DNA of 64,000 bases, taken from assembly GCA_963771175.1 (NCBI GenBank), contig CAVYSY010000001.1:32001-96000 (forward strand), read 5' to 3'. The stretch's first letter is position 1. Each line of letters begins with the position of its first letter. The stretch is from an uncultured delta proteobacterium. Its GTDB lineage: Bacteria; Myxococcota; Myxococcia; Myxococcales; Myxococcaceae. Positions 29,981-40,802 of the stretch are shown here, piece after piece. Position numbers and translations under genes: made by a program. The notes under the pieces were generated by a model, which was given only the letters and a program-made list of their open reading frames with translations, ran no database searches and was not told where the DNA came from.

Positions 29981-32521
29981 GTGATCCACTCGCCCACTCA
30001 CGTCTACTCCCAGGCCGCGCAGGCCTTCCGCCACTTCTTCCCGGAGCTGCGCGAGGCCTATCTCGAGCGCGAGACGCTCTTCACCCAGATCGAGCTCGCG
30101 CTGCTGTGCCGGGAGCACGTGCTGGTGGTGGGCCCGCCGGGCACCGCCAAGAGCGCCATCGCCTCGTCGGTGCTGGGGCGCATCGTCGACGAGAAGACCG
30201 GGCAGCCCTCGCTCTTCTCCAAGCAGCTCGCCGAGTCCACGGTGCAGACGGACCTCATCGGCCCGGTGGACTTCAAGGTGCTCACCGAGACCGGCCGCAC
30301 CGAGTACCTCACCGAGGACGGCATGCTCGGCGCCATGCACGCCTTCCTCGACGAGGTCTTCGACGGGCGCGACATGCTGCTGCGCTCGATCCTCAACGTG
30401 CTGCACGAGCGCGAGCTCAAGCACGGCCGCCGGGTGACGACCGGGCGCATCGAGTGCGCGATCATGACCAGCAACCGCTACCTCTCGGAGGTGCTGGCGC
30501 GCTCGCCGGAGCTGCTGCTCGCCTTCGCCGACCGGCTCGGCCTTCATCTGCTTCGTGCCCAAGACCTTCGCCCGGCGCCCCAGCCGCGCGGCGATGCTGC
30601 ACCGCGTCGCCGCAAGGACCAGCGGCCGGAGCTGCGCGCCGCGCTGACCCTGCAGCAGCTCGACGTGCTCCAGGCGGCCGTGGAGCGGGTGGAGGTGCCC
30701 AGCCACGTCGCTCGAGGCCCTCGAGATGCTCGCCGACGAGCTGGAGCGCGCGCTCGCGGCCCAGGTCGGTCCAAGCTGCCCGACTACGTGCCCACCAAGT
30801 ACTTCTCGCAGCGCTCGGTGGTGAAGGCGCTGTGGGCGCTCAAGGCCGCGGTGGTGCGCGATCGGATCTACCGCCGCCCGGACGCGCTCGCTGGAGGCCA
30901 CCGTCGAGGATCTCGAGGTGCTGCGCTGCTTCTTCCTGCTCGGCGGGCCGCAGGCCGGAGGAGTCCGACGTGCTCCTCAAGGTGGCGGTGGATCCGCGCG
31001 AGCGCGCGCAGCTGGAGATCGTCCGCGTCGAGCAGAAGGCCTTCGACGCGGCGCTGACCAAGGTGCGCGCCGAGCTGGGCACGGGCGTGGAGCGCGAGGC
31101 GACGGCACTTGGCGCGGCCGATGACCTCAAGTCCGTGGAGGCGCTCGCGCGCAACTTCCAGCCCGGCATCGTCTCCACCGCGGCGCAGCGCCTGCGCACC
31201 AAGCTCGTCCCGGGGCCCCGCCACCCGGAAAACCGGGGAGCGCTGCTGGGCGCCGCGCGCGGGCTGCTCGCGGCGGTGGAGCAGCGGGTGGCGCGCGGGC
31301 CCATCGAGGGCTCCGAGGCCCGGCCGGGAGTGGCCGTGTTCTCCGCGCTCGTGGACACGCTGGAGCTGTGTCGCCTGGTGCCCGGAGCTGCGTCCGCAGG
31401 CTGCAGGTCCTGTGCGAGTCGGTGGCGCGCTTCGTCATGCAGGCGCTCGAGGTGATGGCGCTGAACGCCGAGAGCCTCGACTTCGACGAGGCGGTGGCGC
31501 TGGAGGCACTCGTCGGGCTCGCGGACAACCTCTCCGAGGAGCTGGGCCGGGTGGATCGAGCTCCTGGCGCTGCTCGCCGAGGGCAGCTCGGCCGCGGCGG
31601 TGCGGCTGCGGGCAGGGGAGTCCGAGTCGCGCCGGCGTGCCGTGGCGGCCCTGCGCCAGCGCGCGACGACCGCCTTCCCGGGCTCGAGGGGCCGGAGGGA
31701 TCCGCTCGATGCGCTCGCGGCCGACTCGCGCCGGCTCGGTCAGCTCGAGCAGGCCCTGTGCAAGCTGGATCCGGCGCAGCGCGGCCTCAAGCAGGAGCTG
31801 CTGCAGCCGCTCGGGTTCGCCTACGCGCGGGACGTGCTGTCCACCACGCTCTTCGAGCGCATCGACCAGCTCGCGCGCACGGTACAGTCGGTGGCGGAGA
31901 ACCTGCGGCGCGAGGGTCTGGCGCCGGAGCCCGTGTTCGCCGAGTGCCGGGAGATGCTCGAGGTGCGCCTGCGCGAGTACGTGCGCGACCTCGGTCGCGA
32001 GGTGGCGAGCCCTCCGCCCGCCCCCCAGGCCGCCATCAGCGGCGAGGCCTACAACTTCTACCGGGGCGACTTCTCCACCCAGGTCCGGGATGGCGAGCTC
32101 GCCGCGCTGCTCGGGCTGGACGGGCAGCTCGCCTTCTGCCCGGTCGTCCTCCGCCGCCTCCTTCCTCTCCGAGGGCATCCACGAGGCGGTGGCCCGGGTG
32201 GAGCTGGCCTTCGTGCAGACGCGCATCAAGTACCTGAGGAGCTGGCTCACCCAGCTCCTCACCGCTCTGCCGGCCCCGCAGAACATCCAGAGCCGCGCCA
32301 CCGCGGACCAGGTCTTCGATCGGCTGGTGAAGAGCCGCTTCCCGCTGCTCACCCTCAAGGAGGGCGAGCTGGTGCGCATCAAGGGCGTGCTCGGCCAGCT
32401 CGTCGCCATACCCGGCGAGCTGGGTGAGAGCGCGCTCAAGTTGGAGGGCGTGCTGCGCGGCATCGACGACGACTTCAGCCACTTCAGCAAGCAGTTGCTG
32501 GAGCTGCGGGCCTCGCTGTGA
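29981..32521 (+). CDS. MoxR/RavA-like AAA+ ATPase with long helical C-terminal extension (frameshifted)
   Basis: HVLVVGPPGTAKS, DLIGP, AFLDEVF, LNVLHER, TSN, DR; coding signal continues across frames to TGA 32521. Confidence 0.8.
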
Positions 32522-32535
32522 GGAGGCACTGACGC

Positions 32536-34846
32536 GTGCTCGGGTCCCGGCTCGCACGCCTGCGGCAACGGCTGGACGCGCTCCAGACGAGCTCGTCCCA
32601 GGCCGAGGGCCTGCGGGGATGGTGGTTGGGGCTCACGGCCCCGGCGGAGGTGGACCTGTCCCTGCCCACCGTGACGCTGCTCGACCGTGCCCTGGAGCGG
32701 GTGGGGGTCCACACCCTCGCGGACGCGCGCCTGCTGCTCGAGCTCGGCGTGAAGAAGGGCAGGGTGGGGGACCTGGCGGCGGGTCTGCGCTCCCGGGCGG
32801 ACGAGGCCCTGGAGGAGTTCGAGGGGACCCTGAGCGCGGTGGAGAAGATGACGCGGGCGGGCCGGACGCCTCCGGGCGCGCGCACGGCGCTGGAGCGGGG
32901 CTTCGTCCGGCTCGCGCGGGTGCTGCGGGTGGCGGAGCTCTTCCTGTCTCCCAGGCCCCCGACGCAGGCGGAGGGCGAGCTTCGAGATCTTCGAGCGGCC
33001 CGGGCCGCTCTGGAATGATCGGGGCGCCCCCAGCAAGGCTCGCATGGCCGTGGCCGAGTTCCTCGCCCAGCGGGCGCGGCACAACGTGGAGGACCTGACC
33101 CAGCGGCGGCGTGACCTGGACGTCGCCCATGAGCTCCTGCTGCGCATCGGCATGGAGCACGATCGCGACCGGGGCGTCGCCCTGCGCAGCGAGGTGGCCC
33201 AGGCCCGCGAGCGCGTCCGGGAGTTGCCGGCGACGCGTTCGCTGGAAGCGCTGGTGCAGGAGGTGCGGCGCACCGCGAGCAGGGAGCCGGGGATGGCCTG
33301 GCGCTCGCTCCGGGGCCTCTACGAGCGCGCGTTGGAGGCGAATGACCCCGAGCTCGCGGCGGCGGCCCGTGCGGCGCTCGAGCCGATGATGCCCGCTGGC
33401 GGGCGGATGCGGGCCCTGCTGGAGTCCGCCGAGCGCGATGAGCTGACCCGTTGGTTCGGGGAACTCCCCCCCGCCATCGAGGGGCCGCACGGCTTCAAGG
33501 AGAAACCCAGGTCCTCCTCCTCGGACGACCTGCTCGCGGACCTGGCCTTCTCGCTGAGCCCCGAGCAACTCTCCGCGTTCGAGCTGGCGGCCGGTTGCGC
33601 CCGCTACTTCGACGTGGAGGACTCGCTCTCCGAGGAAGTCGTCGAGGTGAACACCCAGAAGGTGCGTCCCGTGCCGCGGCGGGTGCCGTACCCCACGCAG
33701 CACATGACGTTCGAGCGCACGGGCAGCCTCGCACGAGGTGCACGACTTCGTCATCTCGGACCCGCGGATGCTCGTCTACGACCTGGCCTCCCACGGCCAG
33801 ACGCGTGCGCGCCTACCTGGAGGATGAGCCGCCCCCGAAGCCCAAGCAGATGAAGCGCACCTCCGTGCGCGTCTACGTCTGTGACGCCTCGGGCTCCATG
33901 CACGGCACCCGCGCCCGCTTCCGCGACGCCATCATCATCGCCGAGCTCAACAACCTCCGCGTCAAGGCGCGCGCAGGGTCTGCCCTTCGATCCGCTCTAC
34001 TTCTCCTTCTTCAACGACACGCCCACCGAGCTCGCCCGGGTGGACACGGCCCGCGAGGCCACCCGGCAGATCGAGAAGCTCTTCCGCGACTCGCCCGCCG
34101 AGGGACAGACGGACATCACCCTCGCGCTCATGTCCGCCTTCGACTCCATCCGCGCCGCGCGGGGGAAGGACCCCTACCTCGCCCGGGCCACCGTGGTGCT
34201 CGTCACCGATGGCGAGGACCGCGTCGACCTGGAGCTCATCCGCCGCACCCGAGCCCCCGTGGACGCGCTGGACATCGCGCTCAGCTTCATCTCGCTCGGC
34301 GAGGAGAACCCGGACCTCAAGTCGCTGGTCCAGGAGCAGCGCGCCCGGGGCGGGCGCGCCTTCTACCACCACCTCTCCGACGCGGAGATCCAGTGGGCCC
34401 GCACCGAGTTCGACAGCCCCTGGCGCACGCTCCTGCCGCGTGATGTCCCCGTCACCCCGGAGGTGCTGGAGGCGCTCGCGCCCCACCTGAGCGCGCTCGA
34501 GGCCCTCGCCGCCGGGCGCACGGCCTCCTCGGCGCCCATGGCCTCCGAGGTCTCCTTCGATGCCCTCTTCCCGGAACCGGAGCGGGCCTCCTCCGAGAAG
34601 GTGACGGGAGCGGCGCCCGGACTCGAGCTCCACGCCCGCGTGGCCGACATCCTCGACGCGCTCGTGGAGGCCGCCGCGCTCGCCCCCGCCGATCGCCGCG
34701 CCACCGAGAGCCTCACCCTCCTGCAGCACCTGCTTGGGGTGTACCAGCTCACTCCCGCGCGCTACCTCGCCGTGCTCGCCACCGGAAGTCCAGAGGTGCA
34801 CGAGCGCCTCGAACGCGTGCGGCTCCTCTGCCGTCCCTTCGAGTAG
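32536..34846 (+). CDS. Large vWA (MIDAS) protein, ViaA-like partner (frameshifted)
   Basis: VYVCDASGSMHG, GQTDI..AL, VVLVTDGED; N-terminal helical region. Confidence 0.8.
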
Positions 34847-34860
34847 GCTGTTGTCCGGCC

Positions 34861-35424
34861 ATGCTCTTCGACTGGTTGCGCAAGAAGAAGCCCGAGAAGA
34901 AACCCGTGGACCCGCTCGCGGCCTTCGATCAGCTCATCGAGGACCTGGAGCGGCAGGGGGCCGAGGTTCGCAAGTCCGCCGCCACGCTGCTCGCGCTCAA
35001 GGGAGACCTGACCCGCTCCGCGGAGCGCTACGTCAAGCGGCTGGAGGACATCGCCAGGCGGCGTGCCATCGCGGACGAGCAGGGAGATACGAAGATCGCC
35101 ACCACGCTCGAGCGCGACCGCGCCCAGACCGAGTCCCTGCTGCGCACCACCCGGGAGTCGCTCAACCGCGCCGAGCAGGACAGCAAGCTGCTCCTGGAAG
35201 CCGCCGCGGACGTGGGCGATCGCGTGGCCGAGCTTCGGGCCGAGCGCGAGAGTGCGTCCGCTCGGCTCGCGGTGGGAGGGCTCGTCTCCGCGGCCCTTCG
35301 CGAGCAGGTGGAGCGCTTCGACAAGGTGCTCGCCGTGGATGCCGCGCGCGATGAGATCGAGCGGGCCCATGCGCTCGCGGAGATCTACCGCGAGGAGCGC
35401 GGGGAGTCCGCGAAGTCGGAGTGA
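34861..35424 (+). CDS. PspA/IM30-like coiled-coil protein
   Basis: MLFDWL amphipathic start, DP...FDQLIEDL, continuous heptads. Confidence 0.65.
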   Translation: MLFDWLRKKKPEKKPVDPLAAFDQLIEDLERQGAEVRKSAATLLALKGDLTRSAERYVKRLEDIARRRAIADEQGDTKIATTLERDRAQTESLLRTTRESLNRAEQDSKLLLEAAADVGDRVAELRAERESASARLAVGGLVSAALREQVERFDKVLAVDAARDEIERAHALAEIYREERGESAKSE

Positions 35425-35443
35425 GTGCGGGAGGGGAGGGTGC

Positions 35444-36325
35444 TTACGTGCGGCGCGCGGTCTGGTGCAGCTCGAGCACGATGTTGCCGTCCTTGAAGAG
35501 CCGCACCGCTCCCGAGGTCTGGCTCACCACCAGCGCGATGCACTTCGTCGTCGACGTGATGCTCGCCGCCGCCGCGTGTCGCGCTCCCAGTCCCAGCGGA
35601 ATCTTCACCGTCTCGTCCGAGGCCGACAGGTAGCGCCCCGCCGCCAGCACCACGCCGTCCTCGCGGATGACGAACGCCCCGTCCAGCACCGAGAAGTTCT
35701 TGATCGCCTCGCGGATCTTCGGGTCCAGCACGTTGCGCTCGGACTCGGACAACCCCTGGAACGGGTTGATCGTCATCTGCCGGCTCGACTCCATCACGGT
35801 CGTGTGGTCGCCGATCGTGATGATCGTCCCGATGGGGTGACCCTCGAAGCCCTCCTGGCCGATCTGCAGCGCGAGCTGGATGAGCGCGTCCACCACCTGC
35901 GAGTTGAACTCGTCGCCGAGCTTCACGCCCTCGATCGCCAGCCGGTCGTCCAGCGAGCCGCCGATGCGCATCTGCATCAGCGTGTCCGGAGACCGGCCCA
36001 GCTTGCCCGTCATGCAGAGCACCAGGTCACCTTCCTTGAAGGCCCCCTGGGAGAGCGCCGACACGAGTGCCACCTTCACCCGCTCGGTGCGCGAGTAGTC
36101 GTAGGCGGGAATAACCAGCGCCCGCTCCTTCTTGGAGAGCAGATCCTGGGCGAGCTTGGGTGAGGTCACCGCGTAGACGAGCTTGCGTTTCGCCAGCTGC
36201 CGGCGCAGGTCCTCGGCCGCGATGGGGGTGTCGCTGATGTAGAGGAAGTGGTCCACGTCCCCTTTTCCAGCGAGCGAGAGAGCGGCTCGCAGGAACTCCC
36301 GGTCAAATTTGGAGGTATCGCTCAT
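35444..36325 (-). CDS. Diadenylate cyclase (DisA_N/DAC domain), DacZ-like architecture
   Basis: EG.EG.PIG, INPF, LDGAFVI, GLGARHAAA, VSQTSG. Confidence 0.85.
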   Translation of the reverse strand: MSDTSKFDREFLRAALSLAGKGDVDHFLYISDTPIAAEDLRRQLAKRKLVYAVTSPKLAQDLLSKKERALVIPAYDYSRTERVKVALVSALSQGAFKEGDLVLCMTGKLGRSPDTLMQMRIGGSLDDRLAIEGVKLGDEFNSQVVDALIQLALQIGQEGFEGHPIGTIITIGDHTTVMESSRQMTINPFQGLSESERNVLDPKIREAIKNFSVLDGAFVIREDGVVLAAGRYLSASDETVKIPLGLGARHAAAASITSTTKCIALVVSQTSGAVRLFKDGNIVLELHQTARRT

Positions 36326-36455
36326 GGGGTACGACCTCATCGCCTGTTATCGGTTGGTTGGGATTCCTTGACATCAGGTCGCACGTGAATAAAGATTTCC
36401 GGCCCATTTTTTCGGGGCACCAGGGCCCTTCCCCCGCAGCACCGGAGCTGAGGCT

Positions 36456-36818
36456 GTGAACCAGAAAGATCTCAAGCGTTACAAGAAGATGCTCGAGGAC
36501 AGCAAGATTAGCCTGCTCGAGAGCGCCAAGAAGACCCTGGTGGAAGAAGCCAGCTTCGACACCGACGATCTCCCCGATGAGATCGACCAGGCTTCTTCCG
36601 AGTACGCGCAGTCCATGGCGTTCCGCCTGCGCGACCGGGAGAAGTTCCTGATGCAGAAGATCGATCGTGCCCTCGCTCGCATCGAGGATGGCACCTTCGG
36701 CATCTGCGAGCGGTGCGAAGAGGAGATCTCCCCCAAGCGGCTGGAGGCGCGGCCCGTCACCACGCTGTGCATCCGCTGCAAGGAAGAGCAGGAGAAGAAG
36801 GAGAAGTCCTACGGCTGA
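36456..36818 (+). CDS. dksA: DksA/TraR C4 zinc-finger transcription factor
   Basis: DEIDQA coiled-coil tip; GICERC...RLEARP...LCIRCK. Confidence 0.92.
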   Translation: MNQKDLKRYKKMLEDSKISLLESAKKTLVEEASFDTDDLPDEIDQASSEYAQSMAFRLRDREKFLMQKIDRALARIEDGTFGICERCEEEISPKRLEARPVTTLCIRCKEEQEKKEKSYG

Positions 36819-36879
36819 GGCCGTGGACAGGGCAGGCGGTGCTCACGCAGGGGCCCGCGTGACGCCGCCCGCCCATCTC

Positions 36880-37638
36880 TCAGGCCGCCAGTTGGAGCTC
36901 CACCCGGAGAAGCTGGCGGCCGATGAGGAAGTGGTCCCCGTTGTCCACGAAGACGGGGCCGTTGAGCCGGATGAAGGTGCCGTTGGACGAGCCCAGGTCC
37001 CGCACCCCCAGTCGGTCCTGTTTCACCTGCAATAGCGCGTGGCGCCCCGAGACGAAGCCGTCGGTGGGGAAGGTGATGTCCCCCTGCTCGCGCCCGAGCG
37101 AGTTGTCCCCCTCCTTGAGCGGGAAGGCCGCTCCGCGCACGCCCCCCTCCAGGATCTGCACCAGCCGCAGCTTGTAGCCCGCGTCGGGCGAGCCCCAGAT
37201 ATGGGCGCCGCCCGGGCCCACGGCCGCCGCGGGGATGGGCTCGAGCACCAGCCGCTGCCGGCCCAGACGCAGCTCGCCGCCCACCGGCAGCTCCTTCTCC
37301 TGGCGCAGGCGCACGAAGACGCCGTTGGCGCCGCCCACGTCCTCCACCGCCAGCCGCCCGCCCGAGAAGAAGAAGCGGGCCTGCACCGGCATGATGAAGG
37401 GATCGTCCGTCAGGGGCAGGTCCCCCTGGGTGCCGCAGGTGAGGGTGTCCCGGGTCATCCTCACCACGGACTCCGGGCCACCGTCCGCCCGCACCACGCG
37501 CAGGGAGACCTGCGGCCGGGCCACCAGCTTCGGCGCGGCCATCACCATGGTGCCCCCCGCGCGCATGGGCGAGCCACAGGCGCTACAGGTGGAGGCGTTG
37601 TCGGGGTTCTCGGCGTCGCAGCGGGGGCAGTAGGCCAT
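36880..37638 (-). CDS. Zinc-ribbon + tandem FHA domain protein
   Basis: CPRC...CSACG; second FHA with LGRE, VSGRHA, DLGSSNGTF. Confidence 0.9.
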   Translation of the reverse strand: MAYCPRCDAENPDNASTCSACGSPMRAGGTMVMAAPKLVARPQVSLRVVRADGGPESVVRMTRDTLTCGTQGDLPLTDDPFIMPVQARFFFSGGRLAVEDVGGANGVFVRLRQEKELPVGGELRLGRQRLVLEPIPAAAVGPGGAHIWGSPDAGYKLRLVQILEGGVRGAAFPLKEGDNSLGREQGDITFPTDGFVSGRHALLQVKQDRLGVRDLGSSNGTFIRLNGPVFVDNGDHFLIGRQLLRVELQLAA

Positions 37639-37773
37639 GGCGGACGCGCTTACATATCAAGCCCGGCCCGGGGTTGCGCGGATCCTGAACAATGCCCGTC
37701 CACCTTGCGGGCGACCCGACGCTCGTGGGAAGTTCGGGGGCCAACACCCGCTTTTGTATCCGGGAAGTCCCCT

Positions 37774-39582
37774 TTGCTTTGTCCGAGCTGCGGCGTCGAC
37801 GCCGGTGATGCCTCCAAGAAGTTCTGCCTCTCCTGCGGAGCCACGCTCGCGCGCGGGGAGCAGGACGAGTACATCGGCCGTACCATCGCCCAGAAGTACC
37901 AGGTGGAAGCCCTCATCGGCGAGGGCGGCATGGGCAAGGTGTACCGCGCCCGCCAGATCGCCCTGGACAAGCTGGTGGTGCTCAAGGTGCTGCGTCATAC
38001 CCTGCTGGGCGATGATCGCACCGTGGCCCGCTTCAAGCGCGAGGCCAAGGCCGCCAGCCGCCTCAACCACCCCAACTCCATCGGCATCCTCGACTTCGGC
38101 ACGCCGAGGACGGGGCCCTCTTCATCGCCATGGAGTTCGTGCCGGGGCAGGACCTGCACACCGTCCTCAGCAAGGACGGCCCGCTGCCCGAGTCGCGCGT
38201 CGTCCGCATCGTCAGCCAGGTGCTCTCCGCCCTCTACGACGCGCACGCCGCCGGCGTCATCCACCGGGATCTCAAGCCCGAGAACATCATGGTGGAGCAG
38301 CGCCGCGACGAGCCGGACTTCGTGAAGGTGCTCGACTTCGGCATCGCGAAGATCCAGGACGGCGAGGACGGGCCGACCCTCACGCGCACCGGCTTCGTCT
38401 GCGGCACCCCCGAGTACATGTCGCCCGAGCAGGCGCGTGGCGCGACGTTGGATCACCGCTCGGACCTGTACGCGGTGGGCGTCATCATCTACCAGCTCCT
38501 CATTGGCCGGCTGCCCTTCGAGTCCGACTCGGCCGTGGGCTACGCCACCAAGCACCTCACCGAGGAGCCCGTCCCGCCGTCGCGCAAGCGCCCGGACATC
38601 CGCATCTCCCCGGCCATGGAGCGGCTCGTCATGCGGACGCTCTCCAAGAGCCCGGATGATCGGCCCCAGGATGCCGAGGCCTTCAAGGCCGAGCTGCTCG
38701 CCGTGGAGAAGGAGCGCGAGCGTCGCACCAACGCGGCCCCCGCCAATCGGCGCCCGGCCTCGCCCTCGGGAGTGCTCGCGCCGCTGCCACGCCGGGCCAC
38801 GCCGCCTCCCAATGGGATGAGCACGGAGATCACCGACGCGGCCTGGAACGGCGACTCCGACGCCACCGTGCGCGCCGAACCCACGCGCATGCAGTCCAGC
38901 GCCGCCATGGCCCGGATGGCCCAGGAGCGCACGCAGCTCGCTCCTCCCAGCAGGCCGGAGCGGGAGCGTTCCCAGCCCGTCCCCCGGTCCGGTGCCGAGC
39001 GCTCCGTGTCCGAGCGGGCGCCCGCGCCCACCATCGACCAGTCCGCGATCCACGAGAAGACCGAGGCCCGGGTGCCCACCGTGTCCGACGCCGGGAGTGG
39101 GGTGGGATTCCTCAAGGCCTTCATCCTCACGCTCGCGCTGGCCTCGCTCGCGCTGGGCGGCTACTGGCTCTACACGAGCTGGCGCACCTCGTCCCGGGAC
39201 AAGCCGCTTCGTCCCCCCGAAGAACGCCCCCATCCCCGGGCAGGAGTCCGGCGCCCTGATGCCCGCTCCCATTCCGGGGTACGAGCGGGAGATCCCGAAG
39301 GAAGCGCGCAACCCGGAGCAGGCCGGGCGCTTCGAGCAGTCGGGCGACGACGCCTACAAGCGCACCCACCTGGACCTGGCCGCCACCGAGTACCGGAAGG
39401 CCTTCCTCCTCAACCCCACGCCGGAGCTGTCGCTGAAGCTCGGTGAGGTGTACTGGGCGCGCAACATCACCGACGAGGCGCGCGGCTGGTGGAAGCGCCA
39501 CCTGCGCGACCTGCCGGACTCCAAGGCCCGCGCCACCCTCCTCAAGAAGATGCCGGACCTCGCGTCCGCCGAGGGCCCATAA
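37774..39582 (+). CDS. Hanks-type Ser/Thr kinase with zinc ribbon, TM and C-terminal TPR (frameshifts near 38100 and 39200)
   Basis: CPSCG...CLSCG, IGEGGMG.VY, HRDLKPEN, DFGIAK, GTPEYMSPEQ. Confidence 0.92.
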
Positions 39583-39597
39583 TCCGACGGCGGGGGC

Positions 39598-40683
39598 TCA
39601 GCCCATCAGCTCCACTTGCAGGATATGCTGGCCCAGACGCACCCGATCTCCGGGGCGCAGCGGCCTCTCCACTCCCGCGGGAATGCGCACGTATGTGCCG
39701 AGGCCTCCGGACAGGTCGCGCAACTGGGCCCCGGCGGAGGTGAAGCTCAGCTCGCAGTGCCGGCTGGCCAGCCCCTCTTCCTGGGGGTAGCTGAAGTCAC
39801 AGTTGGCCTGCCCGATGGTCAGCAGCGGGGCGGACGTCACGACGGTGCGACCGCTGCGGCCTCCCACCAGCACTTCCTCCACGCCGTGAATGCCCTGGCC
39901 GGGAGGCACCGGAGCGCCGTAGACGGTGGGGCGCCCGGCGAGGGGCGGCGGGGCCTCGATCTTCCCGAGGAAGCGGAAGAGGCGCTGGCCGATGCTGAAG
40001 AAGGACAGAGGGGGGAGCGGCTCCGACCCGGTGATGGTGACGTAGACGCCCGAGCTGCTGGACTCGTCGCGCACGTGCAGCACGGTGTCCTTGATGAGGA
40101 ACGTGGCGTGCTGGGCGGAGACGAAGATGTCGTCGGCGAAGAGGATGGCTCCTCGCGAGCGGCCCACGGTGCACCCGGTGACGGGCAGCTTGAAGCGTTG
40201 GCCGCGCGCCGTGCCGGCGATGACCATCAGTCCGAAGCGGGAGGCGGCGGGGCGCGCGGCGGGCACGGGCGCGGCGGGCTTGGGCGCTGGCCCGGGAGGC
40301 ACCGCGGCAGGGGGGGCGGGGGCGGGACGTGCGCCGGGGGCGGCGGGACTCCGGGCGGCGGGCCCTGGCTGGGGACGGGCGACGCCAGGCACCAACGGGA
40401 CGCCTCCGGCCGAGGCGATGGGGGGCGGGGTACGCGAGGAGGCCGGACGCAGACCCGGCGGGGCCTCGGGCGGACGGGCGCCACCCGGGGGAGTCCGGGC
40501 AACGCCGGGAACGGGCCTGCTCGCGGGGGAGGCAGGCGTGGCTCGAGCGGGTGGCGGCCTGGCCGTGGCGGGCGCCTCGCGCAGCGAGGTGCCGCAGCTC
40601 GCACACACCGTGGCGCGAGGCGGGTTGTGGCCGTCACAGTTCGGGCAGACCACGGCAAGAGCGGACAGCAGGAGCTGTGACAT
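39598..40683 (-). CDS. Zinc-ribbon, Pro/Ala linker, tandem FHA domain protein
   Basis: CPNC...CASCG; VGRS...VSAQHA; second FHA-like domain. Confidence 0.88.
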   Translation of the reverse strand: MSQLLLSALAVVCPNCDGHNPPRATVCASCGTSLREAPATARPPPARATPASPASRPVPGVARTPPGGARPPEAPPGLRPASSRTPPPIASAGGVPLVPGVARPQPGPAARSPAAPGARPAPAPPAAVPPGPAPKPAAPVPAARPAASRFGLMVIAGTARGQRFKLPVTGCTVGRSRGAILFADDIFVSAQHATFLIKDTVLHVRDESSSSGVYVTITGSEPLPPLSFFSIGQRLFRFLGKIEAPPPLAGRPTVYGAPVPPGQGIHGVEEVLVGGRSGRTVVTSAPLLTIGQANCDFSYPQEEGLASRHCELSFTSAGAQLRDLSGGLGTYVRIPAGVERPLRPGDRVRLGQHILQVELMG

Positions 40684-40802
40684 GGGCGGAGCGACTCTAG
40701 AAGTGCGGGGAACGCCGGGTCAACGAAAGCGAATTCCGGGCGAATACCGATGACGCGACGTTGCTCCCACAGGGGGCGACAGTTACGATTGCTGACGCTT
40801 CG

